A DNA stretch of 64,000 nt. Source: Antedon mediterranea. Its lineage: Eukaryota; Animalia; Echinodermata. Below, piece after piece: positions 61,190 through 64,000 of this stretch. Position 1 is the first letter of the stretch. Each line of letters opens with the position of its first letter. Under the pieces are notes generated by a model. That model did no database searches, was not told the origin of the DNA, and saw only the letters and a list, made by a program, of their open reading frames with translations. Made by a program: the position numbers and the translations under genes. The stretch lies in NCBI RefSeq assembly GCF_964355755.1, contig NC_092673.1:1240001-1304000 (forward strand), read 5' to 3'.

Positions 61190-61595
61190 TGAACATTCGT
61201 TTATAATAACATTATGTAAATATTATTTTAAACGTTATTTTGAACGTTCTTATAACGTTAAGTAAATGTTATAAATAACGTTATGTAAATAACATATTTT
61301 GAATTATTCTAAACGTTCTTATAACGTTAGTTAGATGTTATCAATAGCGTTATGTAAATTATTTTATCGTTATTTTGAACGTTCATAAAACGTTAGGTAA
61401 ATGTTATCAATAGGCCTAATAATAAGGCTTTGTAAATAACAATGTTATTCAGAACGTTCTTATAACGTTCAAATGATATTATGAAAAAACATTCTCTGAA
61501 TGAACATTGTTTGAATGTTATACGAACGTTCATAGTGAACCTACTAGACGCTGTAACCAAAATTAACGTTAGCTGAACGTTACGTGTTTGCTGGG
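61190..61595. mobile_element. One end of a CMC/EnSpm-like element
   Basis: Array of AACGTT/TAACGTTA subterminal repeats ending in GTGTTTGCTGGG (CCCAGC terminus); other end not seen. Confidence 0.55.
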
Positions 61596-62033
61596 AAGTA
61601 TACCGTAGTTAATGTTTTAAATCATGATCATGTGTAGTTTTACGACTACGACTCATTTTACAGCCTATGACGGCAAAATGCACATTTATCACTGATTTTA
61701 GGCTCTGAAAACAATTATATCGAAAAACTTGGTTGTCTGACGCGATAAATGCACACACTACTACAATGTCCATGTATGACCACCACCGCGACGCGATCAT
61801 CCTACACTGTCGCGCGGCTTATTGTCAACTCGTGCCGCCGCCTTGCGCGTCTATCGTTTTTTATGCGCTGCATCTCTCAATTGAGAACCTTTAGATATTT
61901 ATATCACGTCCTTATTATGATGAAATGCATGTTTGCCTTGTATTTGGAAACCAAGCTTTGCGTAGCAGTCTAGTAAATGAATATGTTTGCGTTTTATACA
62001 GTATAACAGTTGTAATCCATGATGAAGCCAACT

Positions 62034-62175
62034 AAAGCTTGGTTCCAACTACGCAACGTGACGCAAGCCGCAAAGCAAGCAAATTGACCAAGTACAAGCA
62101 ACAGTTCGAATAATCCATCGCTTTGATTGGTCAATTTGCGGCTGCTTACGTCCTTGCATTCTAGTGGGAACGACA
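62034..62175. mobile_element. MITE family B copy
   Basis: AAGCTTGGTTCCAACTA ... CTAGTGGGAAC. Confidence 0.72.
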
Positions 62176-62270
62176 CAAAGCCAATATTATGTTATACAAA
62201 AGAAAAATAAACAATATTTATCATAAAGTAAGTTTATTGAAGGAGTAGGTTAATGATTCATGGCTCATTA

Positions 62271-62426
62271 TAAGCTTGGTTCCAATTATTTGCGCGCAAC
62301 GTAATGGCATATACGCGCAACGAAAGTGAGCTGACCAATCACGGGGACCAATCACAATCAACCAGTATAGTGATTGGTTAAATGGGGTTACGTTGTGTTG
62401 CGGTCGCGTCTTAGCCTAGTAACCAA
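62271..62426. mobile_element. MITE family B copy (diverged)
   Basis: AAGCTTGGTTCCAA..., TGACCAATCAC core. Confidence 0.55.
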
Positions 62427-62755
62427 ATGATAATGTAAGCCTATCGACCTATTTTCTTTCCAAACTCAACAGTTGTCTTTATAACACTTAAAAATTAGAT
62501 ATACGTTTTATTGAATCTATTGTGTACACTTAATTAACAAACAGACGGTACATGACGGAGTCTAGCGTTAATACAAATAATGAATAATTATTAAATTTGT
62601 GACTTAATGAGTTTCTCTCTATACTTGCAAATTCGATAATGAATAAATCTTTATCAGTGCTTTATTGTTGAGTAGTCATTCATTGTGATTTAGGCCTACT
62701 TAGCTATAACCCAACATCAACATATACACCTTATCAGTTTATTGTGTTTAATAAA

Positions 62756-63746
62756 TCATTCATTATTAGTTAGCATAGATAACCCCACATCAACAGTAAG
62801 ACCATTTTGCGTTTTGAAAGCGTTTTTCCTCTCATCTTCTTCAGATGGAATGTTTGTCACACATTTTAACAGATCCCATTTCTTATCTAAAATATTATTA
62901 GTAAATAAATAATGAAATAGAGCCGATACGACACACAGCGTTGTTAGTGAAACGAGCATCGCAAATGTCCGGAACGGAAATAATTGCTCGCCATTTTCAT
63001 AAAACGGGTATTCTATAAAAGGTTTAAGGCCCAAAAGCGGTTCACCGCCCCCAAGTCGCAGTATCAGCCCGAGAAAATAACCAACAAGCACACCGTACGT
63101 ATTCGAGAAACTGACATACACTACGCAGACGAGTTGAGGGAAAAGTACGACGTATACGAAATCGGAACACAGATAGAAGAGTCCATAAATTGAATCAATT
63201 GTTATTGCTAAAGTACTGGCGATAGTTCCTGAAACCAGAATTGAGCATCTCATAACCCATATGATTTCTCTTTCACTTGCCTTGAAATAGAAAAAAAAAT
63301 ACAATAAGTAAAATTTATTAACAAAAAACAACTTGGTTCCCTTATTCGCAACTCTCGGACGTGTAGACGCAACGTGAGCGAATTGACCAATGACAAGTGA
63401 CAGTTCGAATAATCCATGGCTTGTGATTGGTCAACTCACTTACGTTGCTTTATGTCCTTTTGCTGCTTCTATAGTCGAAACCAAATATAGTTTGTGTAAA
63501 TAATGTGTTCTACAATTTAAAAGAATACAAATATAATTACATTTGGTCTTATTATACGTTTGTATACATTTCTAGCGAACATCGAACTTGTTGAAAGTAG
63601 TGACGAATCGGCTGATGACATCACAGCGGCGCAGACAGCTCCAAGACCGATGATGGAGACAACTTGAGGAGTCAGGTATTGTAGCACTAGAGGAAGTACA
63701 ATGTTGCTGTCTGTGATTTCTTGGCCATACGCGGTCTCATTCCAAT
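62756..63746 (-). CDS. SLC5A7: High-affinity choline transporter 1 (SLC5A7/CHT1), last two coding exons (5' part beyond window)
   Basis: Exons 63746-63541 ([44 protein letters not shown]) and 63280-62756 ([49 protein letters not shown]), motifs characteristic of CHT1. Confidence 0.93.
63331..63485. mobile_element. MITE family B copy
   Basis: CTTGGTTCCC..., AATTGACCAATGACAAG core. Confidence 0.65.
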
Positions 63747-63806
63747 CTATACAGCAAACAAGATTTTAAGATAATTAAGTAAATATTTCCTTAAAAGGTT
63801 TTCCAT

Positions 63807-64000
63807 AAGCTTGGTTCCCACTAGCGACGCAACATAAAGGACGTATTGAAGCAAAGTTCTTTATTGCGTAATAACAAGTGGCAACCGACGACGCAACAGT
63901 GCTGCAAACATCGCAGATTTTAATTGATGCAGGTGGGGACAAATAGAATTATTGGAAGGGCATTTTCTAGGTTGCGTACGTTGCGTAGTGGGAACCACGC
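63807..64000. mobile_element. MITE family B-related element
   Basis: AAGCTTGGTTCCCACTAGCGACGCAAC ... GTTGCGTAGTGGGAACCACGC. Confidence 0.75.

Overview
AT-rich, intron-rich animal genomic DNA, probably from an invertebrate deuterostome; the taxon is inferred from gene content and repeat types, not proven. Seven spliced protein-coding genes can be assembled by hand from GT-AG junctions with consistent exon phases: (1) last exon of a DHX34-like helicase (+); (2) a complete SoxH/SOX30-like HMG-box gene (-); (3) an uncharacterised ~396-aa protein with a Cys-rich C-terminus and an overlapping upstream ORF (+); (4) SLF2/FAM178A-like (+) with two alternative last exons; (5) PWWP2-like (-); (6) a ~29-exon transmembrane + ARM-repeat + double-SPRY protein (-); (7) the 3' end of the SLC5A7 choline transporter (-). 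Non-coding DNA carries many non-autonomous DNA transposons (two abundant Harbinger-like MITE families, P-like and hAT-like elements), SINE fragments, a tRNA-Trp pseudogene and several minisatellites. The most notable signals are a Penelope-type minimal hammerhead ribozyme (with a second copy of the element lacking the ribozyme core), 18-24 bp palindromes with 7-bp target duplications that look like P-element excision footprints, and a candidate -1 frameshift/uORF arrangement. No CRISPR, rRNA or intact transposase was seen. All family calls are from recalled motifs, not database searches.
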